A stretch of DNA of 60,256 bases, the filler included, from Theionarchaea archaeon (GTDB taxonomy: Archaea; Methanobacteriota_B; Thermococci; Methanofastidiosales; SZ-28-30), in assembly GCA_018992565.1 (NCBI GenBank). It is 3 parts of 3 records of this genome, joined end to end, with 100 filler letters (N's around TTAATTAATTAA, not from the genome) between each part and the next. Parts side by side here need not be neighbours in the genome. Positions count along the whole stretch, not along the records: positions 27,218 to 54,047 come from JACVGW010000030.1; 2 more parts are not named here. One strand, written 5' to 3'. The position numbers and the translations under genes are program-made. Positions 28,617-39,272 of this stretch are shown piece by piece (the stretch's first letter is position 1; each line of letters opens with the position of its first letter). A model generated the notes under the pieces. The model did not search any database, was not told the origin of the DNA, and saw only the letters and a list, made by a program, of their open reading frames with translations.

Positions 28617-29513
28617 ATGGTGGTTAACCCATGGGTTAGAGCAGTCAGGCTGCAGTACTACCCTACTACGGGGATGATCCTAGTGGTAGGTATATCTGCG
28701 TCCGTTTTTACAGGTATTGTCTTTTCCATGGGCATTGTGTGGATGGTGGCAGCCAATGTGCTTTTCCATTGCGCATGCAGTCTGATTAATGAGTACAGCG
28801 ATTTTGTATCGGGGGCAGACCTCGTGGAATATCCTGAAAGCAGGTGGTCTGCTACAGGAGGGAGCAGTGTCCTAAAAGAGCAGTTGCTGCAGCCAAGGCA
28901 AGTTCTGAGGGTCTCTCTTTTCTTGTTCTGTGTGTCATGGATCATATGGGTGGTCCTGGGTTACTGGACAGATCACTGGATCATCCTGGTTATGAGTGGA
29001 GCTCTCTCAGTGACATATCTGTATTCAGCTGCACTATCTGTAGGAGGATTTTACTACTACAGGGACGTGGCACTGAGTCTTGGAAGTGTGCCCCTGGTAG
29101 TAGTATCAGTGGCAAAGGTACTGACTACTGCATACTCAGTGACTGCTCTAGCTGCAGGGATTGTTGCAGGTACACAGATCCTGATTTACCTCCTGTATCA
29201 TGGGATTGTGGATCTGGATGCAGATTCCAAGAGTGGAAAGCTACGGCTCAGCTCAGTCTTGGGACTCGAAAGAACCCGCATGGCGTCACGAGGGCTGCTC
29301 TTTCTCATGGTTGGAACAGCTGTGGGGTTGGGGTATACAGGTATTCTGCCTCACTTCAGTGTGTCCATGGCTGTAATCCTTCCTGTCGCTGTCATAATCA
29401 TGCGGAAAGAGAAAACCCAACCTCTAATGAAAACATACAACCAGATGGTCTTGCTCATGGGAGCAGCGGGAGGGCTTCTCTGCGCAGGATTCTGGGTACA
29501 CCTCTTATTGTAG
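28617..29513 (+). CDS. UbiA superfamily prenyltransferase, MenA-like
   Basis: NEYSDFVSGAD, ATGGS and DLDADSKSGK; multi-pass. Confidence 0.82.
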   Translation: MVVNPWVRAVRLQYYPTTGMILVVGISASVFTGIVFSMGIVWMVAANVLFHCACSLINEYSDFVSGADLVEYPESRWSATGGSSVLKEQLLQPRQVLRVSLFLFCVSWIIWVVLGYWTDHWIILVMSGALSVTYLYSAALSVGGFYYYRDVALSLGSVPLVVVSVAKVLTTAYSVTALAAGIVAGTQILIYLLYHGIVDLDADSKSGKLRLSSVLGLERTRMASRGLLFLMVGTAVGLGYTGILPHFSVSMAVILPVAVIIMRKEKTQPLMKTYNQMVLLMGAAGGLLCAGFWVHLLL

Positions 29514-29568
29514 AGCAGGTGGGAATTCACACAAATAAGTTTATAAGACGTGTTCTGCCAGTTCTTCT

Positions 29569-30405
29569 ATGGAACGCCGGATCAACTGGGTACGGGTCGT
29601 ATGTGTCGCTGGATTGGCCATGGCCTTCTTGGGTATACAGGTCATTTTCACGGGTTATGCTGTGTTAAGTCCAGATTTTGCTGACGTGATATCTCTACTG
29701 ATAGAGAGAGGTCTCGTTGAGACTGTGGTAGCCCTTGCCCTGTTCATGGCTGTGATGAGGGGTACAACCCTGCGTGACATCAGGGTTATTCTGGGCAGTA
29801 TTAAAGTGCATATCGCACTTGCTACTCTGTTTTTGCTGCTGGGAGTCATGGCAGGTATTTTCCTTCAGGAGGCTTTCAAGGGATTTGCCCAGAATGTATT
29901 TGACGAACTGGTCAGGGAAGCTGAAAAAATCCAGTCCATTCCGGCCCACTACCAGGCTCTGGTGATTTTTGGTAATAACTCCCGTGTTGCAGCCCTTTCA
30001 GGTATCGTTTCTGGAATGCTTGCTCCCTTTTTCTTTCTCGGAGTTCTGATCCCACCCACAGTCATGGGGATGAATGGGTTTGTACTGGGGTTTGCACCAG
30101 GTCTTGTGGGAATGAACTTGTCTGATTTCCTTATTGCTATCACACCTCACGGGATATTTGAGATCCCTGCCCTGATTCTATCTGCAGCTGTTGGGCTGAA
30201 GTTCGCTGTTTCAGTGCTTCAAGCGTGCATTGGGTATGTTTTCCCCTCGCCGGGCTATACAGGAAGAGAACTATTCTTGAATAGAATCAAGCCGGGCTGG
30301 TATTCAGTGAGATTATTTGCTCTGATCATTCCTCTACTGGTGCTGGCTGCGCTTGTCGAAGCGTATGTCACTCCACAGATCATGGAGTTATTTGGTGTCA
30401 TTTAG
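29569..30405 (+). CDS. SpoIIM-like membrane protein
   Basis: IFGNN, NGFVLG, PHGIFEIPA and AALVEAYVTP. Confidence 0.85.
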   Translation: MERRINWVRVVCVAGLAMAFLGIQVIFTGYAVLSPDFADVISLLIERGLVETVVALALFMAVMRGTTLRDIRVILGSIKVHIALATLFLLLGVMAGIFLQEAFKGFAQNVFDELVREAEKIQSIPAHYQALVIFGNNSRVAALSGIVSGMLAPFFFLGVLIPPTVMGMNGFVLGFAPGLVGMNLSDFLIAITPHGIFEIPALILSAAVGLKFAVSVLQACIGYVFPSPGYTGRELFLNRIKPGWYSVRLFALIIPLLVLAALVEAYVTPQIMELFGVI

Positions 30406-30487
30406 GAGTAGATGCTTCCTGAGCGAGATTGTCCAGTCAAGAAGTGGAAAACCCTAAACCCTTATAAATTCGGGCACTGTGCTATAA

Positions 30488-31888
30488 ATGATGCAGAAGA
30501 ACCGTAATGATGATAACCTGGTAGTTTTGATATCTATTATCGTCCCTGCAGCTCTCATGTTATACCGGAATGACGACATGACCCTCTTTCAGTTTCGAAT
30601 TTTGATAGGCGCTTTTCTCCTCCCTGTTCTGGGGGAATTTATGCTTTTTCAGAAAAAAAGGAGTTCGTCCTTGCGATGGATGTTATTCTTCCACACCTCT
30701 CTGTTCATTCTCACTGTGATTGCAGTGTCTTTTCAAAAGAAGGAGCATATATTTTTTGGACTGTTCTCTGCAGGGATATTGATCATCCTCTTATCCAATG
30801 CAATCATGGAAAGTCTTGCTTTTACTGCCCATGTCATGAGGTTGTTCACTGGAGGTATCGCATTCTGGGTTGTAGTTTCGTATTTTCCCCTAAATATCTT
30901 CCTCTCTGTACTATTTGGGGCTGTGGCGTTCTTTCTTTGCTACATCTTCTTTGAGATACCTGTGAAGATTTCTCCCCAGGAACCTCCCGCGTCAGCTGAG
31001 CAGAACATACCTCCACGTGAGCTGTTGCTCATGTCTCCTGCAGCTCAATTCTTTCGCAAGAGAGATTTTGCCCGCATACTAGATGAGTTAGACTCTCTTG
31101 CCGCAACGATGGACCATTCACCATATACAGAACAGATTGCCTGTCAGGAGGCTCTCAACCACATTCTTTATCTCTACTCACGAAGAACCGAGTCTTTTGA
31201 GCAGTGTCTCTCCCAATCTAATTTGGAAGAATTTCATAATAGAGTCAACCACTGTAGAAGGCTTCTCCTGCAGATGCAGCACGCAGAAACAGAGTGGAAC
31301 AATCTCAGGGCAGACTTTTCTTTCCTGAAAAAACATGTCAAAGAAGCCACTTCACAACAGATAGAGGCGATTTTGGTCCAAGTGTCTACTTTCAAGGCAG
31401 AGTATGGTAATCATGTGCCAGAACAAGATATGGCTGCTCTTTCCAAAGAGGTTGCAGCCACTTCACAGTATGTGGAGCGCTACGATGTCATCAGAAAGGA
31501 ATGGGATATCCTAAGAAGAGATGTAGCCCAACTGATGAGACGACTTGAAGTTGCTCAGCCATTTGAATGCCAGGCGTTGAAGGACAGGTTCATGGACAAC
31601 CTGAGCCACTTCCAGAGGTGCATTTCTCTTGAGAAGATTGAAGAAATGCGCCAGAAAATCATGTATTGCCAATCTCGCGCGACGCTCATGGAGGAGTGGA
31701 AGACCCTCAAGGTCTCTCTGGACAACATATTGAATCTAACGCAGGGGTCTCCAGAGGAAGTTGCCGAGCTTGAAAGACAATTCCTTTCCAAAGTAGATCA
31801 GTTCTCGTCTGTTGTGCCACCAGATGAGATATCATGGATGAAAGTACGATTCAGGCTGGCACGCCTCAGTCATGAGGGAGTTGAATAA
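30488..31888 (+). CDS. Hypothetical protein: ~6 N-terminal TM helices plus a helical/coiled-coil C-terminal region
   Basis: Hydrophobic first ~155 aa, Pro-rich linker, then helical repeats; TATA at ~30461. Confidence 0.7.
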   Translation: MMQKNRNDDNLVVLISIIVPAALMLYRNDDMTLFQFRILIGAFLLPVLGEFMLFQKKRSSSLRWMLFFHTSLFILTVIAVSFQKKEHIFFGLFSAGILIILLSNAIMESLAFTAHVMRLFTGGIAFWVVVSYFPLNIFLSVLFGAVAFFLCYIFFEIPVKISPQEPPASAEQNIPPRELLLMSPAAQFFRKRDFARILDELDSLAATMDHSPYTEQIACQEALNHILYLYSRRTESFEQCLSQSNLEEFHNRVNHCRRLLLQMQHAETEWNNLRADFSFLKKHVKEATSQQIEAILVQVSTFKAEYGNHVPEQDMAALSKEVAATSQYVERYDVIRKEWDILRRDVAQLMRRLEVAQPFECQALKDRFMDNLSHFQRCISLEKIEEMRQKIMYCQSRATLMEEWKTLKVSLDNILNLTQGSPEEVAELERQFLSKVDQFSSVVPPDEISWMKVRFRLARLSHEGVE

Positions 31889-31928
31889 GAAAAGGACATG
31901 AGATGGGCTAGAGGAATGGATGGTGACC

Positions 31929-32615
31929 ATGAAAGTCTCAATAGTATTTCCTGCACGGAATGAAGAACTCACAATAGAGCGTTGTATTGTGAAGGCCCGA
32001 GAAGCTCTCCATAGGTATACATGTGAGGTAGAAATTCTTGTCTGCGATAGTTCTACAGACTCTACACCTCAGAGTGCCCGAAATTTGGGAGCAGTCGTCA
32101 TTTGCTGCAGCACGCTGGGGTATGGTTATGCATGCCGAAAGGGACTTGAGCATTGCTCAGGAGATGTCATGGTACTATGTGATGCAGATGGGACGTATCC
32201 TTTGGGAGAGCTTCAAAGTTTTATTGACCCTCTGACGTCAGGTGAAGCCGACATGGTACTTGGAAATCGATTTGCGAGTAGCATGGAACATGGAGCTATG
32301 CCGTGGCACCACAAGTATATTGGTAACCCCTTTCTCACGAAAGTATTGAATCTCCTATTCGGGATGGATATCAACGATGCTCACTGCGGAATGAGAGCAC
32401 TAACCCGGGGGGCGTATGAGAAGATGAATCTGAAATGTGATGGAATGGAATTTGCATCAGAGATGCTTGTTGAAGCTAAGAGGTGTGGCCTCACCATTGG
32501 ACAAGTTCCCATACCTTACTTCTCACGGGGATCTCCATCTCATCTCAATTCTCTTTCAGATGGATGGAGACACTTCTGGTTTCTCCTTTCCTCCTGGGTC
32601 AGATCTCATGAGTAG
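31929..32615 (+). CDS. GT2 glycosyltransferase, DPM1/polyprenyl-phosphate sugar synthase-like
   Basis: SIVFPARNEE, GYGYA, DADGTY, DAHCGMRA and MEFASEM. Confidence 0.9.
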   Translation: MKVSIVFPARNEELTIERCIVKAREALHRYTCEVEILVCDSSTDSTPQSARNLGAVVICCSTLGYGYACRKGLEHCSGDVMVLCDADGTYPLGELQSFIDPLTSGEADMVLGNRFASSMEHGAMPWHHKYIGNPFLTKVLNLLFGMDINDAHCGMRALTRGAYEKMNLKCDGMEFASEMLVEAKRCGLTIGQVPIPYFSRGSPSHLNSLSDGWRHFWFLLSSWVRSHE

Positions 32616-32731
32616 CGATTGTCAAGCCTGTCCTGAATGCGGAGAATTTAAATAGGTCTATCTGATAAGTACGTATGGATCGGAAAATATTTCCGAAAAA
32701 AGAAATGAGAAAATAGCTGAGGAGAGTAAGC

Positions 32732-33613
32732 ATGGAAACACTCTCTATTGTCATTCCGACACTTGATGAAGAGGAAGCTATAGGACTGGTTCTGGACGAA
32801 TGTCAATCTGTACTGGAAGGAATGTCCTTTGAATCAGAAATTATCGTGGTGGATGGAAATTCTTGTGACAGAACAGCCGAAATAGCCAGAAAAAAAGGGG
32901 CTCGAGTGATAACTGAGAAGCGAAGAGGAAAAGGCACTGCTATCATGACTGCATTTCGGAGAATAAACTCTAGATATGTAGTTATGTTGGATGGAGACTT
33001 TTCCTACGATCCACGAGATATCCCTATGATGCTGGTTCCTCTACTCAATGATGAAGCAGACTGTGTACTAGGAAGGCGAAACCCCGCAGAAGGGTCTATG
33101 GCGCGGCTGAATAATACAGGCAATCGGATCATCAGTGGACTTGTTCAGACGTTGTACAATATTCCAATATGCGATGTATGTACAGGGTTCTGGGCAATGA
33201 AAAAGGACGTCGTGGATCTGTTGAAAAACGGTGATACAGGAGGATTTGATCTGGAAGCATCCATGTTGATACGAACATTCCACGAGGGATATCATGTTGC
33301 AGAAATACCTGTGGGGTACAGACCAAGGAAGGGAAGTCCGAAGCTGCATCCACTACGGGGTGGGATTTCTATCGTGGCTGCTGTGGTGAGAATGTTACGG
33401 GATTACAATCCTCTCCTTCTGTTTGGAGGAATCAGTGTACTGAGTTTTCTGGTCGGGCTCTTTCTGGGTATCAATGTGATAACTATGTTCCAGAAATATG
33501 GACAGATAATGATTGGGAGGGCTCTGCTGACAGTGCTTTTCATTTTAACAGGCGTTCAGAGCTTGTTTTTTGGATTGCTCTCTGATATGATTCTGCGAAG
33601 AGATACGAGGTGA
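32732..33613 (+). CDS. GT2 glycosyltransferase, DPM1/AglJ-like with two C-terminal TM helices
   Basis: IPTLDEE, GKGTA, DGDFSY, DVCTG and KLHPLRGG. Confidence 0.88.
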   Translation: METLSIVIPTLDEEEAIGLVLDECQSVLEGMSFESEIIVVDGNSCDRTAEIARKKGARVITEKRRGKGTAIMTAFRRINSRYVVMLDGDFSYDPRDIPMMLVPLLNDEADCVLGRRNPAEGSMARLNNTGNRIISGLVQTLYNIPICDVCTGFWAMKKDVVDLLKNGDTGGFDLEASMLIRTFHEGYHVAEIPVGYRPRKGSPKLHPLRGGISIVAAVVRMLRDYNPLLLFGGISVLSFLVGLFLGINVITMFQKYGQIMIGRALLTVLFILTGVQSLFFGLLSDMILRRDTR

Positions 33614-33705
33614 GTGTGAATTGAACCACTTTCTCCTCCTGCTAACCAGTCTCCAACCTAGAGATCTGGCACTACCTGCTGTGATGGTTGAAGGAGTATG
33701 GTCGT

Positions 33706-35415
33706 ATGCTGACAGAATCAATGAATAAAAGGATTCGTTGTTGGCAGATATTCCTCTTGTCCCTCTGCCTCACTCTTTCATGGGTACTTCTCATGAGGTC
33801 AACATGGACAGAATACCAGAATGTGCGAACAACAGATCCTCTTTCCCTCATACACGTCTTGCCTCCTTGCTACTATATTCTTCTTCTACTTTCTGTTTTC
33901 CTCTGTATCTATGTCATATACGCTCGTCTTGATTCAAGATGGCTCCATCTTGCGCTGCTTATTCAGGTTTCCCTCTTGCTGTGGATCACGCCACATGTCT
34001 TGTCGGGAGCAGCTCGAGATCCTGACACGCTATTTCATCCAGGTGTTTCTCTGCACATAGAATCAATCCTCAACCAGGAAATCTCGCAGTTCGATAGATA
34101 CGCAGAGAAATATCCAGGTTCCTTTATTCTCATGTACTTCATGATGAGTGTTGCTTCACGTGACATCAGCACTTTCGGAACGCTCGTCTATCCTGTGACC
34201 AGCTGTCTTATCTACATCCTGGGATGGTATACGTTCACATCTACATATGTGGGGAAGAAGGCAGCATTCCTCTCCACGCTACTTGCCATCTCATCACTCC
34301 ACTATGTCAAGCTTCACCCTTCGCCTCAGAGTGTTGGCACCATGCTGGTGATGGTTGCAATGGTACTTGTAGTTGCAAAGGGAAAAGTACAAAAGATTGT
34401 GGGAAGTTTCTTGTTTCTTCTCACTCCCTTTATCCATCCCATTTCTCCAGTCCTTTTCTTGATTTTTGTGGCGAGTATCATCAGCTTAGAGATAGTTTGC
34501 AGGAGAGGGTTTCTGTCCCGCAGGAACCTTCTTATCTTAGTATTCATTGGGCTCTTATTTCTGGGCTCTGTTACCGCATTCTCTTCCTTGGGGGAGACTC
34601 TGGCAAGGGAGCTTTCTAAAGTGGGGGCACTGATTTTCGGAACCAGGAATGCTGCTCTTGGCATTTTTGGGTTTGCCTACTCATCCTTGTTCATTCTAAA
34701 TTTCGTGGTCTACTTCTGCATAGGGCTTGTCGTATTCTTTCTCCTTATGAACCTCATCCGGAACGCCTCTATCCACTCGCTCTGTAGTGAGAAAAGAGGG
34801 TTGACACTTCTGGTGGCAGCAGCCTTCTATGCTCTTTTTGGGGGGTTCCTGGGGATACTGGAGAATTCCCCCACCCTCTTAGAACGGGGACTCTCCTTTT
34901 CTGTGCTCATGGCAACAGCATTCATCGGGTACGTGGTCCTTTCTCCTGGCCGTGAAATATCTCAGAGCTGGAGGAAGATATCTGCACTACATTGTACCTC
35001 ATTTCTCCTTGTTTTCCTGGCTGTTACATACCCTGCGATCGCTTACAGCACTGAGTCCTACAACAGCTTTCCATTTTCTGAGAGAGCAGGAATGGCCTTT
35101 ATTACCCGGACAGGGCTCGTAGAATCCAGATGTGTAGCAATGGCATATTACAACCAGCTTGTGATCTATGATGCGGACAGTTCATCCGCTACTTTTATCC
35201 CCCTGCACGGGAGTTCTATTCTCGATTTTGATCACCAGCAGCCAGATATCTTCGTTTATAGAAAAACAGGATATTACAATGCAATATTGAGGTGGGACAA
35301 ATCTTTTGAGCACAACAGATATTCAGAATACGAGATGATCCTCCAATCGTATAACGTTATCTACATCAGCCCTTCAGTGCGAATATTTCTAAGAAACGAG
35401 GCCACAATGGAATAA
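33706..35415 (+). CDS. Multi-pass membrane protein with GT-C-like architecture
   Basis: Many TM helices, loop DPDTLFH...YPG and a C-terminal soluble domain ending YNVIY. Confidence 0.6.
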   Translation: MLTESMNKRIRCWQIFLLSLCLTLSWVLLMRSTWTEYQNVRTTDPLSLIHVLPPCYYILLLLSVFLCIYVIYARLDSRWLHLALLIQVSLLLWITPHVLSGAARDPDTLFHPGVSLHIESILNQEISQFDRYAEKYPGSFILMYFMMSVASRDISTFGTLVYPVTSCLIYILGWYTFTSTYVGKKAAFLSTLLAISSLHYVKLHPSPQSVGTMLVMVAMVLVVAKGKVQKIVGSFLFLLTPFIHPISPVLFLIFVASIISLEIVCRRGFLSRRNLLILVFIGLLFLGSVTAFSSLGETLARELSKVGALIFGTRNAALGIFGFAYSSLFILNFVVYFCIGLVVFFLLMNLIRNASIHSLCSEKRGLTLLVAAAFYALFGGFLGILENSPTLLERGLSFSVLMATAFIGYVVLSPGREISQSWRKISALHCTSFLLVFLAVTYPAIAYSTESYNSFPFSERAGMAFITRTGLVESRCVAMAYYNQLVIYDADSSSATFIPLHGSSILDFDHQQPDIFVYRKTGYYNAILRWDKSFEHNRYSEYEMILQSYNVIYISPSVRIFLRNEATME

Positions 35416-35441
35416 AAACATCATGCACCTGAGAGCCCATG

Positions 35442-36344
35442 CTACCTTTGCGTTACATGTATTGTCAGCCTCACTTCATAGCCAGTGAATACGTCTTCCA
35501 TGTACAACCTGCAGATCAGTGTGTAGTTTCCTTCACTGGAGAATAGGAAGGTGAATTTGTCCTCAAATGTTTCTTGGTGGGAGAGCATGATTGTCCGGCT
35601 TACAGCTCCATTCTCGCTGAGGTCATAGACACTGCTCCAGGAGTCACAGGATGTGGGAGGAAGAGAGTTGTCAGGTTCCACAACTATAGTGTAGACAGTT
35701 CTTCTGTATTCATGACAGGTAATGCCGATGCGAATTGTCCCATACTCCCCTGTGGTGAGGTTAGCAGGGTAGTCCTCAGTCTTTCCCTGTGAATCCAGAA
35801 TATAGAACTCGCTAAATCGTTCACCTGTCAGTGGCTGAGAAAAGAGGTAATACGTGGTCATGGTCAGACCAATCAGGACTACTGCAAGAATGGCAAAGAC
35901 GTATCCATCCATTCTCCCCATGGTTCTTATAGTACTCGGATTCATACGCAGCCTGACTCTGTAACGTTCTTCACGCGGGAGGAGCCCCCTTCTGACAGCA
36001 GCCACAAGTGAGAAAGCAACAATGAATCCCAGCAGAAAGATCATGGACGTCATCAGGGTTACATCTCTTTCTATAGAGTAAGGGACGAGAATTGCTGATA
36101 TCGAAATCGGTATGCTCAATCCAAAGCTGGCACACATTCGGGTGAGAACATCTTCTTTGCACCCTGGCCATACAGATGAGGTTACTGCATATCCGGGGAA
36201 GAATAGAATAAATGGAATACCTAAGAATGTTCTCAGTGTGTTGTGGGGGAAGAAAAGCATCACCAGTACAAGTATGTGGCTGGATATCAAGAGCAGTATC
36301 AAATCATCAACGCCCATCTCGTCAATCTTGCTCATTGGGTACAT
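35442..36344 (-). CDS. DUF1616 family membrane protein with an extracellular domain
   Basis: FILFFPGYA, SFGLSI and ERFSEFYIL...DYPANL. Confidence 0.82.
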   Translation of the reverse strand: MYPMSKIDEMGVDDLILLLISSHILVLVMLFFPHNTLRTFLGIPFILFFPGYAVTSSVWPGCKEDVLTRMCASFGLSIPISISAILVPYSIERDVTLMTSMIFLLGFIVAFSLVAAVRRGLLPREERYRVRLRMNPSTIRTMGRMDGYVFAILAVVLIGLTMTTYYLFSQPLTGERFSEFYILDSQGKTEDYPANLTTGEYGTIRIGITCHEYRRTVYTIVVEPDNSLPPTSCDSWSSVYDLSENGAVSRTIMLSHQETFEDKFTFLFSSEGNYTLICRLYMEDVFTGYEVRLTIHVTQR

Positions 36345-36629
36345 CTCAGCAACCCTGCACTTAAGGTTATCTTTGGTGACTCTGGATAATCTCCCCTAGC
36401 ACGTTAATGAGGGTGTACCTTCACGCACCTGCTTTTTCAGGCTCCAGGAGCTTCAGAAAGGTCACTATTGCATTGCTCATCCCCATGTGAGGGGCTCTCT
36501 TCATTCTTTTTTCAACCTTTGGAAACCTCTCAGAATGTGAATTAAATCTCAGGCTGTTTGATGGTGGAGGTAGCTTATCCAGGTACATTTCGAAACTAGA
36601 ATGGAAAGATTTAACTACAGGAGCATCTA

Positions 36630-37631
36630 GTGAGCAGTGTGAGACCTGTGGAATCCCTGAATGCAGAGGTCAATGTTGTTGTGTGCACATATTCAAATAC
36701 GATGTATGAGGATTTTGTTGAATGTGTAGAGAGTCTTCTGAGTCAGTCATACCAGAATGTTCACATAATCTGTATTGTTGATGGGAACAAGCAATATTTC
36801 GAGAGAATAAGGAAAGAGAAAGGAAAATGGGGAAACAGAATGGAGCTCTTCCTGAACCAGGAGAATCTTGGATTGTTGGAAAGCAGAAACAAAGGGGCTG
36901 AGAAGGCGAAGGGAGACATACTGGCTTTCATAGATGATGATGCTGTGGCACATGAGCACTGGATACAAGAACTGGTCCAATCATACCAAGAAGGTGTTTT
37001 CTCGGTGGCAGGGAAAATCGAGCCACTCTGGAAAACAGACAGGCCATGCTGGTTCCCAGAGGAGTTCTACTGGTTGATGGGGATAACACATGAGGAAGGA
37101 AGAAATACGTTTGGCTCGAATTTGAGTTTTAAGAGGTCTGCATTCCAATCCGTTTGTGGATTCAGAGTGGATATGGGAGGAAAAAAGGGAAAAGGACAAC
37201 TCCAGGGAGGAGAAATCGAGCTGTGTGAGAGAATGAAGCAGAGATTTAAGAAGGATACTGTGTACAACCCACATGCCTTTGTATATCACAAAATTTCAGA
37301 AGAACGGACGAGAGTGGGCTATCTGGTGCGGAGGTCTTTCTGGCAGGGATATTCCAAGGCAGTAATGGAATCGTTGGGAGGCAGCATCCGCCATGAAAAG
37401 GACTTCTTAGGCTATATCCTCCTGGACGCAACCAAGAATCGACTGAGCAGGTTCCTGAAAGGATCAAGAAAGGACCTGGAGTGTTTGTTCATTATGTGGC
37501 TCTTCACGCTGTGTGTGGGGATGGGATACTCTTCTGGTAGAATACGCAGTACGATAGCACTCTATGGAAATACCAGAAGAGGTACTCATGGAGAAGGACA
37601 CTCTGGAACAGGAGAAGCTGGAGAAGGGTGA
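36630..37631 (+). CDS. GT2 glycosyltransferase, AglG-like
   Basis: VVCTYS, FIDDDA, WFPEEFYWL, RNTFGSN, GGEIELC and RSFWQGYSK. Confidence 0.82.
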   Translation: MSSVRPVESLNAEVNVVVCTYSNTMYEDFVECVESLLSQSYQNVHIICIVDGNKQYFERIRKEKGKWGNRMELFLNQENLGLLESRNKGAEKAKGDILAFIDDDAVAHEHWIQELVQSYQEGVFSVAGKIEPLWKTDRPCWFPEEFYWLMGITHEEGRNTFGSNLSFKRSAFQSVCGFRVDMGGKKGKGQLQGGEIELCERMKQRFKKDTVYNPHAFVYHKISEERTRVGYLVRRSFWQGYSKAVMESLGGSIRHEKDFLGYILLDATKNRLSRFLKGSRKDLECLFIMWLFTLCVGMGYSSGRIRSTIALYGNTRRGTHGEGHSGTGEAGEG

Positions 37632-37632
37632 C

Positions 37633-38562
37633 ATGAACACGGGGAGAGTAACAGTGACAGGTGGTGCTGGATTCATCGGCAGTCACCTGGTGGAAAGACT
37701 TGCAGGGGATACAGACATTGTGGTTCTGGACAATTTTCAGTCGGGAAGCAGAAGGAACGTGCAGCATGTCACAGGCAACATCAAGGTTGTCCAGGGAGAC
37801 GTTAGAAACAGGGAGACAGTCACAGGAGCTGTGGAAGGGTCTCATACCGTCTTCCACCTGGCTGCCAATGCTTCAGTACCGTTCTCTATTCAAAACCCCC
37901 GATATGACTTTGAAACCAATGCTTTTGGAACGCTCAATGTCCTGGAAGCGGCCCGGAAGTGGGATGTTGAGAATGTGGTATATGCTTCTTCAGCGGCTGT
38001 CTACGGGGAGTCAGAATACCTGCCTATAGATGAGAACCATCCTACTCATCCCGTCTCACCCTACGGTGTATCCAAGTTGGCAGGAGAACACATAGGTACG
38101 GTCTATGGAGAGGTATATGGGCTTAATTTCTCAGCAGTGAGAATCTTCAATACATACGGTCCCCGCCAGCCTCGCTATGTCATGTACGATCTCTTGAGGA
38201 AACTGGAGCAAGATTCTTCACAGCTTGAGGTCTTGGGAACAGGGAATCAAGTGAGAGACTATTGTTATGTTACTGACATGGTTGATGCATTGATGCTGGT
38301 AGCTGAAAAAGGACATGGTGTGTACAATGTTGGCGGAGGTGTACCCACATCAGTGAGAGAAGTGGCTGAGTTCATAGTTTCCAGAGTCGCTCCTGATACG
38401 CGGATTGTCTATACAGGAACATCGTGGAAAGGGGATATTCAGGTTCTGATAGCTAACATAGAAAAGATCAAAGCCCTTGGATTCAACCCAAAGGTGTCTT
38501 TGCATGAAGGTATCCAGGAGCTGATCACCTGGTTTTCACAGGCTACCGAACAGCAACCCTGA
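37633..38562 (+). CDS. NAD-dependent NDP-sugar epimerase/dehydratase (GalE-like)
   Basis: VTGGAGFIGSH, SSAAVYG, YGVSK and FNTYGPRQ. Confidence 0.93.
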   Translation: MNTGRVTVTGGAGFIGSHLVERLAGDTDIVVLDNFQSGSRRNVQHVTGNIKVVQGDVRNRETVTGAVEGSHTVFHLAANASVPFSIQNPRYDFETNAFGTLNVLEAARKWDVENVVYASSAAVYGESEYLPIDENHPTHPVSPYGVSKLAGEHIGTVYGEVYGLNFSAVRIFNTYGPRQPRYVMYDLLRKLEQDSSQLEVLGTGNQVRDYCYVTDMVDALMLVAEKGHGVYNVGGGVPTSVREVAEFIVSRVAPDTRIVYTGTSWKGDIQVLIANIEKIKALGFNPKVSLHEGIQELITWFSQATEQQP

Positions 38563-38570
38563 GAAATCTC

Positions 38571-39230
38571 CTACCCTCCTTTTCTCAGCATTCCTTCACT
38601 CATGGTGTATGCAGTTTTTATGTGAGTACGGCTGATGGGGTCGTGGGAGACCACAATAATAGACACCCCGAACTCTTTATTGACCTCTGCCAGTGTTTCG
38701 AATATCCGGTGTGAATTCTCAATATCCAGGTTGGACGAAGGTTCATCTGCCAGGATTATGTCTGGATTGTTGGACAAGGCTCTCAAGATAGCTACACGCT
38801 GTTTCTCTCCACCACTGAGCTCATCTGGCCTCTTTTCCTTCAAGCGCGTCATATCAAAGGCCTCCAGCAGCTCTTCGACTCGCTTCTTTCTGTCCCTCTC
38901 CCGTGCCAAGAGCAAAGGGAGTTCTATATTATCATAGACAGTGAGAGTAGGAAGTAGGTTATAGTCCTGAAAAATGAATCCCATGGTATTCAGGCGGAAA
39001 TCGGAGAGCTCGTTCTCTGTCATTGCATGTACATCCTTGCCAAAAATGTAACAGGTTCCTGAGGTAGCCTTTTCAAGACATCCAATCAATTTGAGCAGGG
39101 TGGTTTTCCCACTTCCTGATCTTCCATCAATCAAGAGAAGGGCTCCTTTGTCAACTGCGAGTGAAACATTCAGTACTGCACATACACCATTGTATATTTT
39201 CGTTAAATCCACAGTTTCAACAGCATGCAT
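38571..39230 (-). CDS. ABC ATPase, LolD/MacB family
   Basis: GRSGSGKT, GFIFQDYNL, LSGGEKQR and LADEPSSNLD. Confidence 0.92.
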   Translation of the reverse strand: MHAVETVDLTKIYNGVCAVLNVSLAVDKGALLLIDGRSGSGKTTLLKLIGCLEKATSGTCYIFGKDVHAMTENELSDFRLNTMGFIFQDYNLLPTLTVYDNIELPLLLARERDRKKRVEELLEAFDMTRLKEKRPDELSGGEKQRVAILRALSNNPDIILADEPSSNLDIENSHRIFETLAEVNKEFGVSIIVVSHDPISRTHIKTAYTMSEGMLRKGG

Positions 39231-39272
39231 CTCGATAACCTTATATTACTTCTATAAAAAGGTGTGGTGAGC

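Noticed and set aside
32608..32655. 15-aa ORF MSSDCQACPECGEFK overlapping the GT2 stop
   Set aside because: Too short to support and has no RBS; may be chance or a remnant
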